Assembly: GCA_951406725.2 (NCBI GenBank)
Contig: OX597818.1
Coordinates: 93,434,001-93,498,000, forward strand
Length of the DNA: 64,000 nucleotides
Source of the DNA: Octopus vulgaris
Lineage: Eukaryota
Reading direction: 5' to 3'
The notes beneath the pieces were generated by a model. That model did no database searches. It had not been told where the DNA came from and saw nothing but the letters and a program-made list of their open reading frames with translations. Below, piece by piece: positions 26,166-40,130 of the stretch (position 1 is its first letter; each line of letters opens with the position of its first letter). The position numbers and the translations under genes are program-made.

Positions 26166-26575
26166 AGGTGCAGGAGTGGCTGTGTAGTAAGTAGCTTGTT
26201 TACCAACCACATGGTTCCGGGTTCAGTCCCACTGCGTGGCACCTTGGGTAAGTGTCTTCTACTATAGCCTTGGGCCAACCAAAGCCTTCTGAGTGGATTT
26301 GGTAGACGGAAACTGAAAGAAGCCCGTCGTATATATGTATATATATATATATGCATGTGTGTGTTTGTGTGTCTGTGTTTGTCCCCCTAGCATTGCTTGA
26401 CAACCGATACTAGTGTGTTTATGTCCACGTTACTTAGTAGTTCGGCAAAAGAGACCGATAGAATAAGTACTGGGCTTACAAAAGAATAAGTCCCGGGGTC
26501 GATTTGCTCGATTAAAGGCGGTGCTCCAGCATGGCCGCAGTCAAATGACTGAAACAAGTAAAAGAGAGTAAAGAG
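26166..26575 (+). mobile_element. tRNA-SINE family A, full length
   Basis: A-box/B-box-like head (GTGGCTGTGTAG / GGGTTCAGTCCC), internal (TA)/(TG) tract and AAAAGAGT tail. Confidence 0.9.
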
Positions 26576-26639
26576 TATGTTCTTTTACCTCAATTTTCCT
26601 TTATCAATACCAGTAAATACCATTTAAATAATATTCAAA

Positions 26640-26892
26640 GATGTTCTTGAGCAAGACACTTTATTTCACATTGCTCCAGTTCACTCAGCTGTAGAAATGA
26701 GTTGCGACGTCACAGGTGCCAAGCTGTATCAGCCTTTGCTTTTCCCTTGGATAACACTGGTGGCATGGAGAGGGGAGGCCGGTATGCATGGGCGACTGCT
26801 GGTCTTCCATAAACAATCTTGCCCAGACTTGTGCCTGGGAGGGTAACTTTCTAGGGGCAAACCCACGGTCAGTCATGATCGAAGGGGGTCCC
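26640..26892 (+). mobile_element. SINE fragment sharing a core with family D
   Basis: TTCTTGAGCAAGACACTTTATTTCACATTGCTCCAGTTCACTCAGCTG matches the core of 43905-44160 (-). Confidence 0.55.
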
Positions 26893-28145
26893 AACCAACC
26901 ATGTTAAGTTAATATTTAAGTGTATAAATATTGAACTATTTCTATATTTTATTTTCCTCCCTTTAATATATACTTTAATATATACTAAAAGTATTCATAA
27001 ATATTCTTCTTAATAATCTTTGGAATAACCCTAAGCTTTATCTGTATATATAATACTTTATCTCGTTCAGCTTAACAGCCCTTCTTGTCTTGTTATTCTC
27101 TTTGTCCTGTCTTTTACTGTTTATATTTTGTACTGTCGTTACTGTCTTGTTTTTGTTACCATTTTTACCCCTCCGCAAAAAGATCTCAAATTTTATTTAA
27201 TTTGCTTTTCGCGGGAAGGAAAGTTTCAATCGAAGATGCGTATCGCCTTCACCTTCGAAATGCAGAGTAGATGAAACCATGGTGACTGAAGAAGGGGAAT
27301 TTTCCTTGTGTTATTTGTCCTGTACTCTATTTTTTCATTGTTTAAGAAAAATGTCCAGGTCCTTGGTTTGTGTTTATATTTTCGTTTCTCATTGTGTTCG
27401 ACGTTTTTTTGGTGTCCTGTACCCATATATGCATGTATATATACATGTTGAGGTAGGTACGTACATATATGTATGTGTATATGCATATGTTTTATTTATT
27501 AATTTATGATATATATATATATATATAGCAGCATTGTTTTATAGTAGTTAACTGTAGTATTGCATGATGAGGCTTCCCCTGTCCCATTAGCATTGGTCTG
27601 CTTAATAGCAGCCAACATCTTGTTTGAAATATTCTCTTACTGAACCTCATGACATTGCTTCAAATAAATCTTGATTTATGACTATGCCATTTAGAATGTC
27701 TGTCTACTCCACCAACTCTACCCCAACCCAAACAGATTCTACCTTCTGTCTTCTCTCAGAATTGATAAACTAGTCTATAAACTAAAAACTGACCCCATCC
27801 CCCATAATTAAAACTAAATAACAGAAAAATTAGTGAAAAGCAGTGTCTTCTTGAAACAATTTCAGTTACAACTGTAATGTTGTTGGTAAAACATGTTCTT
27901 TGTCTATCTCCTTATCCTCTTGGAGATTTTGGATAAAATCATACTAATGTGTCCTTCTAATTTAATTAAATTCTATGTCTTTGTGCAGCTGAAGATTGCT
28001 CTACATTTTAAATTGACGTGATGAAATGATTGCATTGTTCAATTAAATGGAGTCACATGAAATGCTCATACTGCATTACTTCCTGATATCCTTGTTGCTT
28101 ATTTTGATATATATATATGAATAGATAGATAGATATAGATATATA

Positions 28146-28372
28146 CAACGGGAAGGTTTATGAAAATAAACAAAAGACGAAAGTAGGTTTACGAAAATGA
28201 ACAAAAGACGAAGGCAGGTGGAGTACAAACAAACAATTGTATTAGTATGGCATTCAGGAATAGAAATATAACAAGTCTTTTACGTTTCGAGCCTACGCTC
28301 TTCGACAGAAAGATACACAGAAAGGAAACAAGGAGAGAAAAAAATTGCATGTAGGAGCTAACAATCCAACAT
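28146..28372 (-). mobile_element. Short PLE terminal-repeat-like element with minimal HHR at 28276-28313
   Basis: Minus strand TCTTT-CTGTCGA-A-GAGC GTAG GCTC-GAAAC-GTA-AAAGA. Same family at 52366-52562 and 55674-55900. Confidence 0.65.
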
Positions 28373-28374
28373 AC

Positions 28375-28855
28375 ATTTATAAATATTCTATAATTATAAA
28401 CATAATTATAATTAGAGGTCAGCTAATTGCTTCACCACATACCGAATTTAGATAGGAGTTAAAAAATTCCTTTTCTACTACCGTAAGAATCTTCCAGACA
28501 GTAATATAGGCAAAAAGAAAAATAATGAATCTACACAACTTGGATTAGCCACATACGCGTTTCGAGATTAAAGTATATTTACTTACTTATTTCTCATTAT
28601 CAGTGTAGCATTTCAAATATAAAATTTGAAAGTGCTAAGGTTAAATGTGTGTACAATCAAGCCTCATCACACAATAGATATCCAACCAACACTTCCAAAA
28701 TTTACACAGCCGAATGTGAATACATATTTATCCCTTGTACCCATGTGTATGTTACGAGCAATCCTGCAGAAACTGCAGTTTTCGATCAGGGAGTAAATTA
28801 TAATTTCAATATAAATAATAAAAGGGTAAAATTAATTAATTAATTAATAATTTTA
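28375..28855 (-). mobile_element. HHR-bearing non-coding element (HHR 28548-28609, G8A-mutated core)
   Basis: Minus strand GCTACA-CTGATAA-TGAGA..TCTC-GAAAC GC GTA-TGTGGC. Shares sequence with 37420-37695. Confidence 0.6.
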
Positions 28856-28872
28856 TATATATATATATGTAA

Positions 28873-28910
<38 letters not shown>

Positions 28911-28927
28911 CAATATATATTTATATA

Positions 28928-28980
<53 letters not shown>

Positions 28981-29119
28981 TAGATAGATAGATAGATAGA
29001 CATGCACACTCACATACATATCATTATCATCATCATCATTGTCATCATTTAATGTCCACTCTCCATGGTGGCATGGGTTGGACGGTTTGACTGAAAACTG
29101 CTCAGCTGGAGCCTTGCAC

Positions 29120-29490
<371 letters not shown>

Positions 29491-30970
29491 TATAGCAGCT
29501 ATTGAAATAAGTATTCTACCAGTTATACCTAAAATATTTTTTTTAGAGCGAAGTGTTCAGAAAACTCAATAAAAGTGAACAAAATTTAACTCAATGCAAA
29601 TAATACAATATCATAAAAGTCTAACAAAAATGAAAAGCTATTTAAATACAAAATCAAGCTGCATCATATATTCTATAGCTTCTCCAGATGCAATTATGTT
29701 CCAAGCTGTTAAACATTCATAATGGTATATGACTACACAGCTTCATCACTGAAAATGTAAAGAAAGTTATGTGGGAGTATTATTATTTATGAGTTGTGAC
29801 ATGTAGCCATATATTTTTATGAATGTCTGTCTGTGAGGAAGAAAATGATCAATAAGAGTTATAGAAGATATTATTTGTTTGTTTTGTTTGTTTCACTGAG
29901 TGACTTGGTTTTGTATTCAGGTGTTCTTCATTTAAACTGTAAATATATACATACATACATACATACATACATACATACAAACATACATATATATATATAT
30001 ATGTGTGTGTGTATATATATATATATATATACTCACACGATGCTGATGACGATGGCAATGATGATGATGAGGAGGAGGAAGATGGCTATGATGATGATGA
30101 TGATACCATATATGTATATATTATACATAGATTTCTTTTTTATCTGCACACACATACCACACATCTATGTATGCAAAAATGTCTGTCTCAAGACTACAGA
30201 CTCACTAGGCTGGAGTTTCTAGTTTGTCATGAGTCCAAGAGAGGTGAAACATTAGCTATATATATGGTGAATAAAAGAGGTAGGAACACCATAAAAATTT
30301 AACTGAAAGCTGCTGGAACCTGAGCCATACCTGAACAGAAGCAGTTGGTGTAGATTTTGCTTAGCTGAGAGGAGGATAATTCCATAAAACTTTCATGGTC
30401 CAGGTGACTTCTTGTACTTAAAAGTGAAACTTTTAATTACTGCTCTCATGGTAGAAAATTTATTCTACATCATCATCTTTAATGTCTGTCTTTCATGCTG
30501 GCATGGGTTGGACAGTTCAACCAGAGCTAGCAAACTGGAGAACTGCACCAGTTTTTAGTCTGATTTAGCATGGTTTCTATGGGTGGATGCCCTTCCTAAT
30601 GCCAACCACTTTACAGTGTGTGCTGAGTGCTTTTAATATGGCACCACACAAGCATTTTTACATGGCATTGGCACAAGTGTTTTCTCTGTGACACCAGCAC
30701 ATGACTCTTGCAGACCAATCCTCTTCACCAGGGTGTGTTGCCATATATATCATCATCATCATCATCATCATCATTGTTTAACATCCGTTTTCCATACTAG
30801 CATAGGTTGAACAGTTTGACTGGGGTCTGGGAAGCCAGGAGGCTACACCAGGCTCCAGTCTGATCTGGCAGTATTTCTACAGCTTGATGCCCTTCCTAAC
30901 GCCAACCACTCCGTGAGTGTAGTGGGTGCTTTTTACTTGCCACCGGTGGCAATATATATATGTGTGTACA

Positions 30971-32975
30971 TACAGGAATCCTTTGCTTTATGGAAGTAAT
31001 ACATTCCTGAAAATTTGGCTGTAACACAAAATTCCATAATGTGAAATTGATTTTCATATTATTAGATTGCATTCCTATGCACTTTTCTAAAAAAAAAAAA
31101 AAAAAAAAAAAGGAGCACAAGTAAACAACAATGGGCAAGCAACTCAATTGCCTTTACACATGAAAATAACCACTTCTAAAACACAAAGTACAATACAGAT
31201 ATATAAAAATACAAAGACATTTTAAGAGGAATAAATTGGGGATTTGATAAGAAGCGCAATATTGTGAGCATATTGTTCTTATCAGGGATGTTGACTACAG
31301 TGTGAGGTGTGGTGGCAGAATGAGTGTGACTTGGAGGATAAGGAACAACACCTTATAGCTCATTGTCATGAACATCGCTTTGGGGAGTGAAGAAGTTGTT
31401 TGTTGTTTATGACGCATCATCTCTTTGTATAGCTCAGTATAGGAACTGAGCTCATTGTAAGCTCCTCTTGTAATTTTTATGTTACGCTCACAATTAGGAT
31501 CGTTATCGATAATAATCTGCAGACTATCCTCTATAAGTCCCAACCCTTTAATAAAAATATTTATAATCAAATTAAGTAGAACTTCCGTTGTCCCTTCTAT
31601 TCTCAGCTTTGTCTTTGTCTAACAGCAGCAGCTCCTTATTAGATAAAATTTCTCTTTGGGACACTAATAACTCAATCACCTCATTCTCTATAACTTCTTC
31701 AAATCCTACATCATATCTTTCTGGATTTGATGTAGATCTCTGCTTGAACAAAACTTGTCACAGATACAGTCTGACCATATACATTTCCAGGCATTATTTA
31801 AAGTTCAAGGTTTCACTTCATCCCATGACTCAGTTATATTATTCACAGCATCCATTATGCTGAATTTCTGCCAGAAATCTCTAACTACAAGGTGGTGAGC
31901 TGGCAGAAGCGTTAGCACACCGGGCGAAATGCTTAGTGGTATTTCGTCTGCTGTTACGTTCTGAGTTCAAATTCCGCCCAGGTCGACTTTGCCTTTCATC
32001 CTTTCAGGGCCAATAAATTAAGTACCAGTTACGCACTGGGGATGTAATCGACTTAATCCCTTTGTATGTCCCCTCTGTGTTTAGCCCCTTGTGGGTAATA
32101 AAGAAATAAGAAATCTCTAACTAAAGGTTTATCCTCCCTGTCAATTGCTTTAATGAGTTGTTTTAAAGTTCTTCTCATATGATATCACTTGAAATTAGCT
32201 ATCACACCTTGATCTATTGGCCGGAGCAAAGAAATTATATTCTTGAGGATGTATTCTTCCGCATTATCAGAAAGATCATCTAAATTTGCTGAGTGGCTGA
32301 GTGAATTGTCTAGAAAAAAGCAATGCTTTGTTGGAAGTATTAAGTCTGGCACTGTACAGCAGGGTAAAAAAACCTTTGTAAACCACTTTTTGAAAAGGCC
32401 CTTAGTCATTTATGCCTTCTTATTTGAATGCCAAATCAAAGGTAGATTAAACGTTGTGTAACCCTTGAAAGGCCTTAGATTTTTGGAGTGATGTGCATGT
32501 AGGGGCTTTAATTTTATATCACAAAAGGCCTTTCCTCCTGATAGAAGTATCAGATGATTTTTGGAAACTTTAAATTTTGGTGTTGCTTTTTCTTTTCATG
32601 AAATAAAAGTTCTAGCAGGCACTTCCAGAAAATGTATAGTCTCATCAACATTATATACTTACTCCAGTGTGTATCCCCCTTCAGTAATCATTGTCTTCAA
32701 CTGCTCAATATAATTATTTGCAGCCTCTGTGTCAGTGCTTGCAGTTTCACCAGTCATTTTCATATTGTGCAAATTCATGCACTTCTTAACTCTTTCAAAC
32801 CAGACTTTACTAGCCAAAGCAGGTTTTTCACTAAAGGTTTTGCTTTCCTTTTTCTGCAAATTGTCATATAAACTTTTGGCTCTTTTAAAAATTATTGTCA
32901 CATTTATCAACACATTACACTGATTCTGATCCTCAATTCTTACACTCATGAGTTGTACCATTTTAAGCATTACAT
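30971..32975 (-). mobile_element. Tigger/pogo-like (TIGD1-type) transposase remnant
   Basis: Reads IEDQNQ..AKSLYDNL..ASKVWFER.KK..NLHNMKMTGETASTD.EAA..EGGY..YNVDET..MTKGLFKKWF..FLDN..H..LRPIDQGVIANFK. TA-CAGGAATCCTTTGCTT terminus at ~30971. Confidence 0.85.
31888..32108 (+). mobile_element. SINE family B with 15-bp TSD, inserted in the Tigger remnant
   Basis: TSD AGAAATCTCTAACTA at 31873-31887 and 32109-32123. B-box GAGTTCAAATTCC and core GCCTTTCATCCTTTC..ATAAATTAAGTACCAG (Meta/MESC-like, as recalled). Confidence 0.9.
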
Positions 32976-33584
32976 TAGGTCTATGGAAAAATAAGATCCT
33001 GGCAGTTAATAGAGTTGACACAAAAAACGGACGGGTCATTCGAAGCCTCTAATCTTCAGTCAAGAACTGGATCATCCTCGCAATTTTGGCTGTTGTTTAT
33101 AATTTTAACCTTAAAGGTATTTTAATATGCTGCCACATTTTTTGATGGAATTTTTTTTCTGTAAAAAACGCTTCATCCTATATTAGTAGTATATATATAG
33201 AAAGACATTCACACACACACATACAGAAGAATTAAGAAGAAGAGTGGAGTCTTATGGCAGAGCATGAGAAGAAAGCAGAATTTTTGTGTTTAAGTAGAGT
33301 CATACAGTACCTCTCTCTCTTGTTGTTATTGTTGTTGTTATTGACAAAATAAATTTGGCAATGACATTAATAATTGTTGCTTATGCTGTTAGTGTTGCCG
33401 TTGGTGGCTGTTGCAAAGTAAATCACTGTTCAGACACACTGTCTGTGATTCTATCCATTTGAGATTATAATTGGATATTCATGAGACAAGCAAAGACAAG
33501 TGAGGGGGATAATGAGGTAACAGCAAATTAATCTGAAATTTTGTGAAGTTTTGATGTGATATATTTAAAATTTAATCGTAGCGG

Positions 33585-33855
33585 TGGTGAAGGTGTAGGT
33601 GTGGCAGGAGTGGAGAGGGGTACAGTGGCAGCTGCAGTGGTGGTGGTGGCCATCATTGCTGCCATCGTCGTCATCGCTGTCATCATCAGTGTCGCCATCA
33701 TCGTCTCCATCATCATCACCATCAACATGGTGGCAAAGGTGGTGGTGGTGGTGGTAGTGGTGGTAGTAGTGGTGATGGTAGTGGTGGTGGTGGTGGTGGT
33801 GATGGTGACAGTCGTGACAGTGATAGTAGTGGAGGTGGTGATGTTAGTGGTAGTC
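33585..33855. repeat. (GTG)/(CAT) trinucleotide-rich tract
   Basis: Directly visible; gives poly-T/poly-V ORFs. Confidence 0.9.
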
Positions 33856-34134
33856 AAGTTCTCTTAAAGCTTGCATTATCATGTGATACATGACAACCAA
33901 ATAATTAACGATGTCTAATAGTTTACAATCATGTAAATTGCAATTACTGTTAGTGGGGATGGCAGTGGTGCTATTAGATTGTCTTGGTAGTTATCACGCA
34001 TTATCACGCACACCCTAATATCTCAGTGGTCATAATACTGTAATATATTGGTGTCATTGCAAACATTGTGATATCGTGGTGATTGTCATCCTTTTCTGTA
34101 TCACTTTTACACCATCGCACAAATATAATGTACC

Positions 34135-34363
34135 CATTTCTTTACTACCCACAAGGGGCTAAACACAGAGAGGACAAACAAGGACAGACAAAGGGATTAA
34201 GTCGATTATATCGACCCCAGTGCATAACTGGTACTTACTTAATCGACCCCGAAAGGATGAAAGGCAAAGTCGACCTCGGTGGAATTTGAACTCAGAACGT
34301 AGCAGCAGACGAAATACTACTAAGAATTTAACCCGGCGTGCTAACAGTTCTGCCAGCTCGCCA
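34135..34363 (-). mobile_element. SINE family B with 17-bp TSD
   Basis: TSD CACAAATATAATGTACC at 34118-34134 and 34364-34380. Confidence 0.9.
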
Positions 34364-35459
34364 CACAAATATAATGTACCACTATCACAGTCCTATCTTA
34401 GGTCCCATGTTAGGTTACAACACTACCACATCTTTCTATATATATATATATATAGATTTAACATTTATACTGTGACACACTGTTATACTGCTAATATACT
34501 AAGGCAGTTTGTTACCTCACCAGAATAAATACTTAGTGGCATTTCTTCTGACCTTATGTTTCTGAGTTCAAATGTCACTGGGGTCAACTTCGACTTTCAA
34601 CCTTTCAGGTTCAATAAAATAAGTCCCAATTGAGCACTGGATCAATGTAATCAACTCCCCCCCCCCCACACACACACAAAAAAAATTTCTGACTTTATGC
34701 TGAATTTGAAACCAATATGCTAAAGCAGTAATCGTATACACACTTGCACTCACACACACACACACTAATATTTTAGTGGTTTCACACACACACACACATT
34801 AATACGTAAAGTCGTTACATTATTACACCATTAAGCTATAATGCTGATGTAATGTATTCCCATTAGTTCTATGCTAGACTATAATGCTGTCACTGTTGCC
34901 TCTCTCTGTACACACATTTGCACTGATATACATTATCACACACTGTGTCACTGCTTATATGTTAAAGTATGAAGCAAAGCAAATCAACAAGGAAGTTCTG
35001 TGTAGACAAAAATCTTTTTTAATATCAACGACTAAATCTCACTAAATAGAATCTGCACAAACCAGTGACTTCGTTTCCATATACATTATGCATAGGTAAC
35101 CTTAATAGAAGCAGAGAATAAGAAGTGAAGTTGTGTAAGTCATCTCATCATTGTCATCATCATCATCATCATCCAGTTAATGTTCATCTTCTTTGTTAAC
35201 ATGGGTTGACCAGTTTGACAGGATCCAATAAGTCTGAGGATTTGTTGTTGTTGTTGTTGTTGTTAAGCAACAAGACGGGTAAGGGTGATTAGGTGATGGT
35301 CTAGGGCTTAGGGGTGGGAGACCCCAGACCTTGGAAAAAAAACTTTGGTCGTCTTGTTGTAGTCAAGGGCTCTTCGTTGACGCCCAACACCACTGGGAGG
35401 TCGCCCTCGAAGTTGCTGGAAGTGGAGATCGCCAGGTCCAAATTCTTGAACGGCTAAGT

Positions 35460-35755
35460 CTGAGGATGGTAGTGGGGGTGATGTCATGCCACCTCACATC
35501 TTTGAACAGGGCCTTAGGCTCAATTCAGATGGCTATGCAAAGCTGCTGGAGACTGTGGTCAAATCATGGCTGGAGAGGTTGCAGCTGGAAGGCCATATGT
35601 GTGGCAACAGGATTCAGCTCCATGCCATACCTCTGAAAAGAGTCAGAAGTGGCTGTCAGAAAATTTCTATGACTTCACCGGGCCCCAATTTCTGGCTTCC
35701 TAAATCCCTTGATTATAATCCCCTGTGTGGGGAGCAGTTGAGAAAGACATCAACC
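35460..35755 (+). mobile_element. Tc1/maT-like transposase catalytic-domain fragment
   Basis: Frameshifted reading GDVMPPHIFEQGLRLNSDGYAKLLETVVKSWLE..AGRPYVWQQDSAPCHTSEKSQKWLSENF..NFWLPKSLDYNP. Confidence 0.75.
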
Positions 35756-35851
35756 TAAATCATCATCCACCATCAATGTCTACTTTGGCAAAGTTTCTAC
35801 AGCTGGATATCTTTTCTAATGTCAGTCTATTTACAGAGTGTACTGAATGCC

Positions 35852-36086
35852 TTAATCCTTCAGCATTCATATTATTCTGACAAATATAATGCTTATTTAT
35901 TCACATTGTTTTGAATTAATTATGAATTATCTCATTGTTTTAAAATTTCACTGATATGATTGCTTATTTTTAGAATGGCAATGGAGGGTAGATGTAAGAG
36001 GCTGGACCTGGTCAGTTTGAACAAAAAAAAAACAAAAAGCAGAATATCTGGGCCGGATATGACTGGTTTGAATACTAAATGGTTAT
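35852..36086. mobile_element. TTAA-ended MITE (inverse copy of 38054-38281)
   Basis: TTAATCCTTCAGCATTCA...TGAATACTAAATGGTTA; body is the reverse complement of the 38-kb copy. Confidence 0.55.
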
Positions 36087-37375
36087 TGTGGTACCAGCAC
36101 TTGTGAGGTTGCCATGTTAATTGTAAAACTAACATCCTCTTTGACTGAGTGGGGCTACAGGAGAGAGAGAGAGAAATAGCTTTGTGATAGACAATCGGAG
36201 TGCTAGTACAATATATACTACAATATAATATATACAATTGTTAAGCACATTATCTATGAATCAACATCAAGAAATAAAGGCTGAAATTTTTTTTTTTATA
36301 TTAAAACATAATTGTTAGTTGTGACAAGAATAATTTCCTAGTGAAGAAGTTGAGAGATGAAATTGTCTGATCAAATATAGGCTGGAGGCATATAATGTCG
36401 AAATAAATATTTGGTTTGTTGAGAGAAGAAAAAAAACATTCAAATACAAAAAATTTAATTTATCTTTTACAAAAAAACAACAACTTTTGTTGCAATAATG
36501 AAAGAAAAGAGATATTTTACATAATGTAAATCTGTTTATGTGTGCCTATGAAAGGTTTGTACATCTGCGATGATAGTGGATAATAAGCTAAAATTGAGTG
36601 GCATAAGCTCCTGATGCAAGTTGACTTTAGCTGTATCACAGCCACCGGTCAGTTACCAAACAAACCATCTAATGGTCTGTCAAATACAGGGCATCAAAAA
36701 CCAAAATCATTAATGACATTCCAATATGCTATTCACCATGGGATTCTAATGAGTTAGGCATCTGCTAGATTTATTGTATTTTCACCAGTCAGTCTAGATT
36801 CTGATAAAAACAAGTCCTTAATATTTTTAACAAGGTGAAAGTGGCAAGCAAGCGGAATCATTAGCACACCGGGCACAATGCTTAGCAGCATTTTGTCTAA
36901 CTTTATGGTCTGAGTTCAAATTCTATTGAGGTTGACTTTGTCTTTCATCCTTTGGGGGTTGATGAAATAAGTACCAGTTGGGCACTGAAGTTGATGTTGT
37001 CAACTTACTTCCACCCTCAAAATTGCTGGCCTTGTGCCAAAATTTGAAATCAATATTTCTATCAAGGACTTGAATGGCTTACTACTTGCATCCATCATCA
37101 TTCCCTGACAAAATCCTCTTTTGGTGTTTACAGTTATTTTTGCATTTGAACATAATAATTTAAGTTCAATCCAAGGCAGTGAGTTGATGTTTGGGAATCT
37201 GCCAATATTCCTGCTCTAGATACATCAATTCCAGCTGCTCTATGAAGAATATTTCCACTGAAAATTGGATCTCAGGGCTTAAATATTCTGAAGCAATTTG
37301 GGGCATGAAAATTAGACTTTAAATTAGACTAGCATGTGCACCACAGGCTAATGTCAAAGATGTTTGGTTAGTTTT

Positions 37376-37416
<41 letters not shown>

Positions 37417-37419
37417 CAT

Positions 37420-37691
37420 ATAAATTCTATAATTATGAGTATAATTATAATTAGGGCTCAGCCAAATTTGCTGCACCACATACTGAAATTTAGAAATAGC
37501 AGTTAAACTACTATTTCACTACTATAAGAAAATCTCTCTAAATTTCGGTAGGTGGTGAAGCAAATTTTGCTGAACCCTAATTATAATTATAGAATTTTTG
37601 TATAAGTTTACAGATAATGATTCTTTTAACATACCAAACTACTAAGCAAAATTATTAATTATTAATTAATTAATTAATTTTACCCTTTATT

Positions 37692-37695
<4 letters not shown>
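37420..37695 (+). mobile_element. Inverted-end fragment of the 28375-28855 family
   Basis: 37420-37495 is an inverted copy of 37535-37600. Flanked by (TA)n. Confidence 0.65.
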
Positions 37696-37730
<35 letters not shown>

Positions 37731-37758
37731 GTAAATGTAATATATGATGATTATTCAG

Positions 37759-37832
37759 TAGCCATGATAAAACTCCAAGTTTCGGATGCCAAGGTGGAAT
37801 TCCACGTTGCCATCTCTTCAGTTATCTGGCCA
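37759..37832 (-). ncRNA. Type I hammerhead ribozyme in a ~210-bp (TA)n-flanked element
   Basis: Minus strand TGGCCA GATAA-CTGAAGA-GATGGCAACGTGGAATTCCACCTTGGCATC-C-GAAACT TGG AGT-T-TTATC A TGGCTA (GUU triplet). Confidence 0.75.
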
Positions 37833-38053
37833 TTGGAAAAAAAATAATCGTCACATATTACATTTACAGATAAATTCCTCTATTTACATAATATCGAGAT
37901 CTCTTTCATTCTTTTGTTGTCTTACCATTTTTATTAATATATATATATATATATATCAAGTAATTCTGTTTACCAACAACTATCATCTTCAGTCAACATT
38001 ACCAAATATAGTAATACTGTTGATTCTAAAGCCAATAATCTTGGCTTTAGAAC

Positions 38054-38281
38054 TTAATCCTTTAACATTTAAATAGGCCATATCCAGCTGAAATATTCTA
38101 CCTGTTTTCAGTTCAAACTGACCAGATCCAGCCTCTCACACCTATCCGATAATGTTATATTAAAAATAAGCAATCATAGTATTGAAATCTTGAAGCAACA
38201 AGATAATATATGATTAATACAAAGCAATGTGAATAAATAATCTGTGCATTTGACACAGTAATCTGAATGCTAAAGGGTTAA
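38054..38281. mobile_element. TTAA-flanked MITE (piggyBac-like ends)
   Basis: TTAATCCTTTAACATT ... AATGCTAAAGGGTTAA. Confidence 0.6.
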
Positions 38282-39074
38282 ACATTCAGCTTGTATCATG
38301 AGGAAAGCTATAGGTTATAGATTCTTAAATTATGCAAATTTATAGGTATGCAACTCAAATTACTGTTTGGTCTTAAGGTTTCAACCATTTTTTTCTTATA
38401 GGTTTTTATAGATTTATAGACTTACTATGTGAGCAGTTTCAGATTTGAAAGTCAGTGAAAAGTTTCACACTTCTGTATTAACATGATAGAAAGAACAACT
38501 GAGTCTTCCTCAAACCACACCATACTATATTTAAAAGAAAGAAGCACACATCGGATGATGTAGTCTTAGGTACACTATATCTGAATAAATGATGGGATAG
38601 TTCTGTTTGGATCTCTTAGTTACACTGCTAAATCAGGGCTGACATGGAGTAGATGACAACAATTACTTTATCACCAAAATCACAAAATTTTGTATTGGGT
38701 TGGTGAGTCTTGCTTGCAAAAAAATCAGCCAATGAAATGACTGTGAGACATCAGTTATCATGTGATATCCTATTCAACCAATGGAAATGCTGACATTCAG
38801 CTATGACTACAAGATTGAGACATTCATACAGAATTTCTAGGTAACAGTATTTCAAGAGATTTTTACAGGTAATTAAGGAGGTAATAGATTCAGAGAACTT
38901 TCTAGAAGATTGCAGAGAAACTAAAGATGCTGAATTGCTTAGTTGCTGTCATGAAATACTACCAGACAGTCTGTTGATGTAAGACTTCACTGCATTTGAT
39001 GGTTGGACAGAAAAGACATGTCCTTATATAGACCATTTGAGATATGAGCTCTTACTGCTGTGTTTGTTACTGCT

Positions 39075-39495
39075 TTTGTTGTTGTTGTTGTGGTGGTGGT
39101 GGTGGTGGTGGATTAGATTATTGTTGTTGTAGTTGTTGCATATCAGTGTCAATGTGTTAGTGTATTAGCAGTGGTGGTAGTCATGGTGGTGTTCTGGGCG
39201 TGTCTCTGTAATGGAGATAGTGTTGAAGTGCTGTTGTTATGGCTATTGCTGATGCAGTTGTTGTTGCTGTTCTTTCACTCTTGTTGTGACAGTGGTAGTG
39301 GTGGTGGTGGTGGTGGTGGTGGTGGTGGTGGTGGTGGTAGTTGTGGTGGTGGTGGTGGTGGTGGTGGTGGTGATAACATCAGTTGTGGCAGTGGCAGTGG
39401 AAGTGGTGATTGTGGCAGTGATGGTTGTTGTTGTTGCTGTTGTTGTTGATGGCAGTGGTGGTGGTGGTGGTGGTGGTGGTGGTGGTATTGTTGTT
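39075..39495. repeat. (GTG)/(GTT) trinucleotide tract
   Basis: Directly visible. Confidence 0.9.
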
Positions 39496-39877
39496 TAACC
39501 CCAGGTCAGCTCTGATTGAGTAGACTCATAGTCAAAGGATTCCAGATGTGACTCTTCCGTCTTATTTCAGACTATGTATTCAGTACAATGCTATCCAGTG
39601 AGTTCTTTTCTGATCCTTTCTTGACCCTTGCTTCATTTGCTGGGGCTTCAGTGGGTTGAGAGGTCATTTATTTATTCATTTATTTGTTTGTTTATTCACT
39701 TATTTGTTTATTTAATTTGATACTATATTTCTATTCACAGAGACATTATCTTTTAAATTTGTAGTGACATCAGCTGTGCCTAAATAGCTATCCAATTCCA
39801 GAGTCTCTTTCAAATTATACAGATTTATTTCGGTATTAAATGTCACAAGTAACCTTTTACCAAAACATACATGCGTA

Positions 39878-39926
<49 letters not shown>

Positions 39927-40130
39927 AGTTACTCCAAACTTGAACAAAGAGAAAACACAACAACACAAGGACGTGGAACAAGTATAGTATTCTTGGACGA
40001 CGCTCAAGAAAGGAAAGATAGAAGGAGCATTTAACGTTTCGAGCGGAGCTCTTCGTCAGAAACATAGGAAAAGGAAAGGTTCAAGAAAGAGAAGACGGAG
40101 AAAGAAAATTACCAACGATATACACGCGGT
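39927..40130 (-). mobile_element. Solo terminal repeat of the Neptune-type PLE with minimal HHR at 40028-40065
   Basis: Minus strand TGTTT-CTGACGA-A-GAGC TCC GCTC-GAAAC-GTT-AAATG. Homologous to 15480-15676, with the same TTGGA(T/G)TAACT end followed by (AT)n. Confidence 0.75.

Noticed and set aside
25640-27030. Very AT-rich tract suspected to be a mitochondrial insertion (NUMT) or decayed PLE ORF
   Set aside because: No mitochondrial gene or rRNA motif could be recognised, and all frames are stop-ridden. Unresolved without BLAST.
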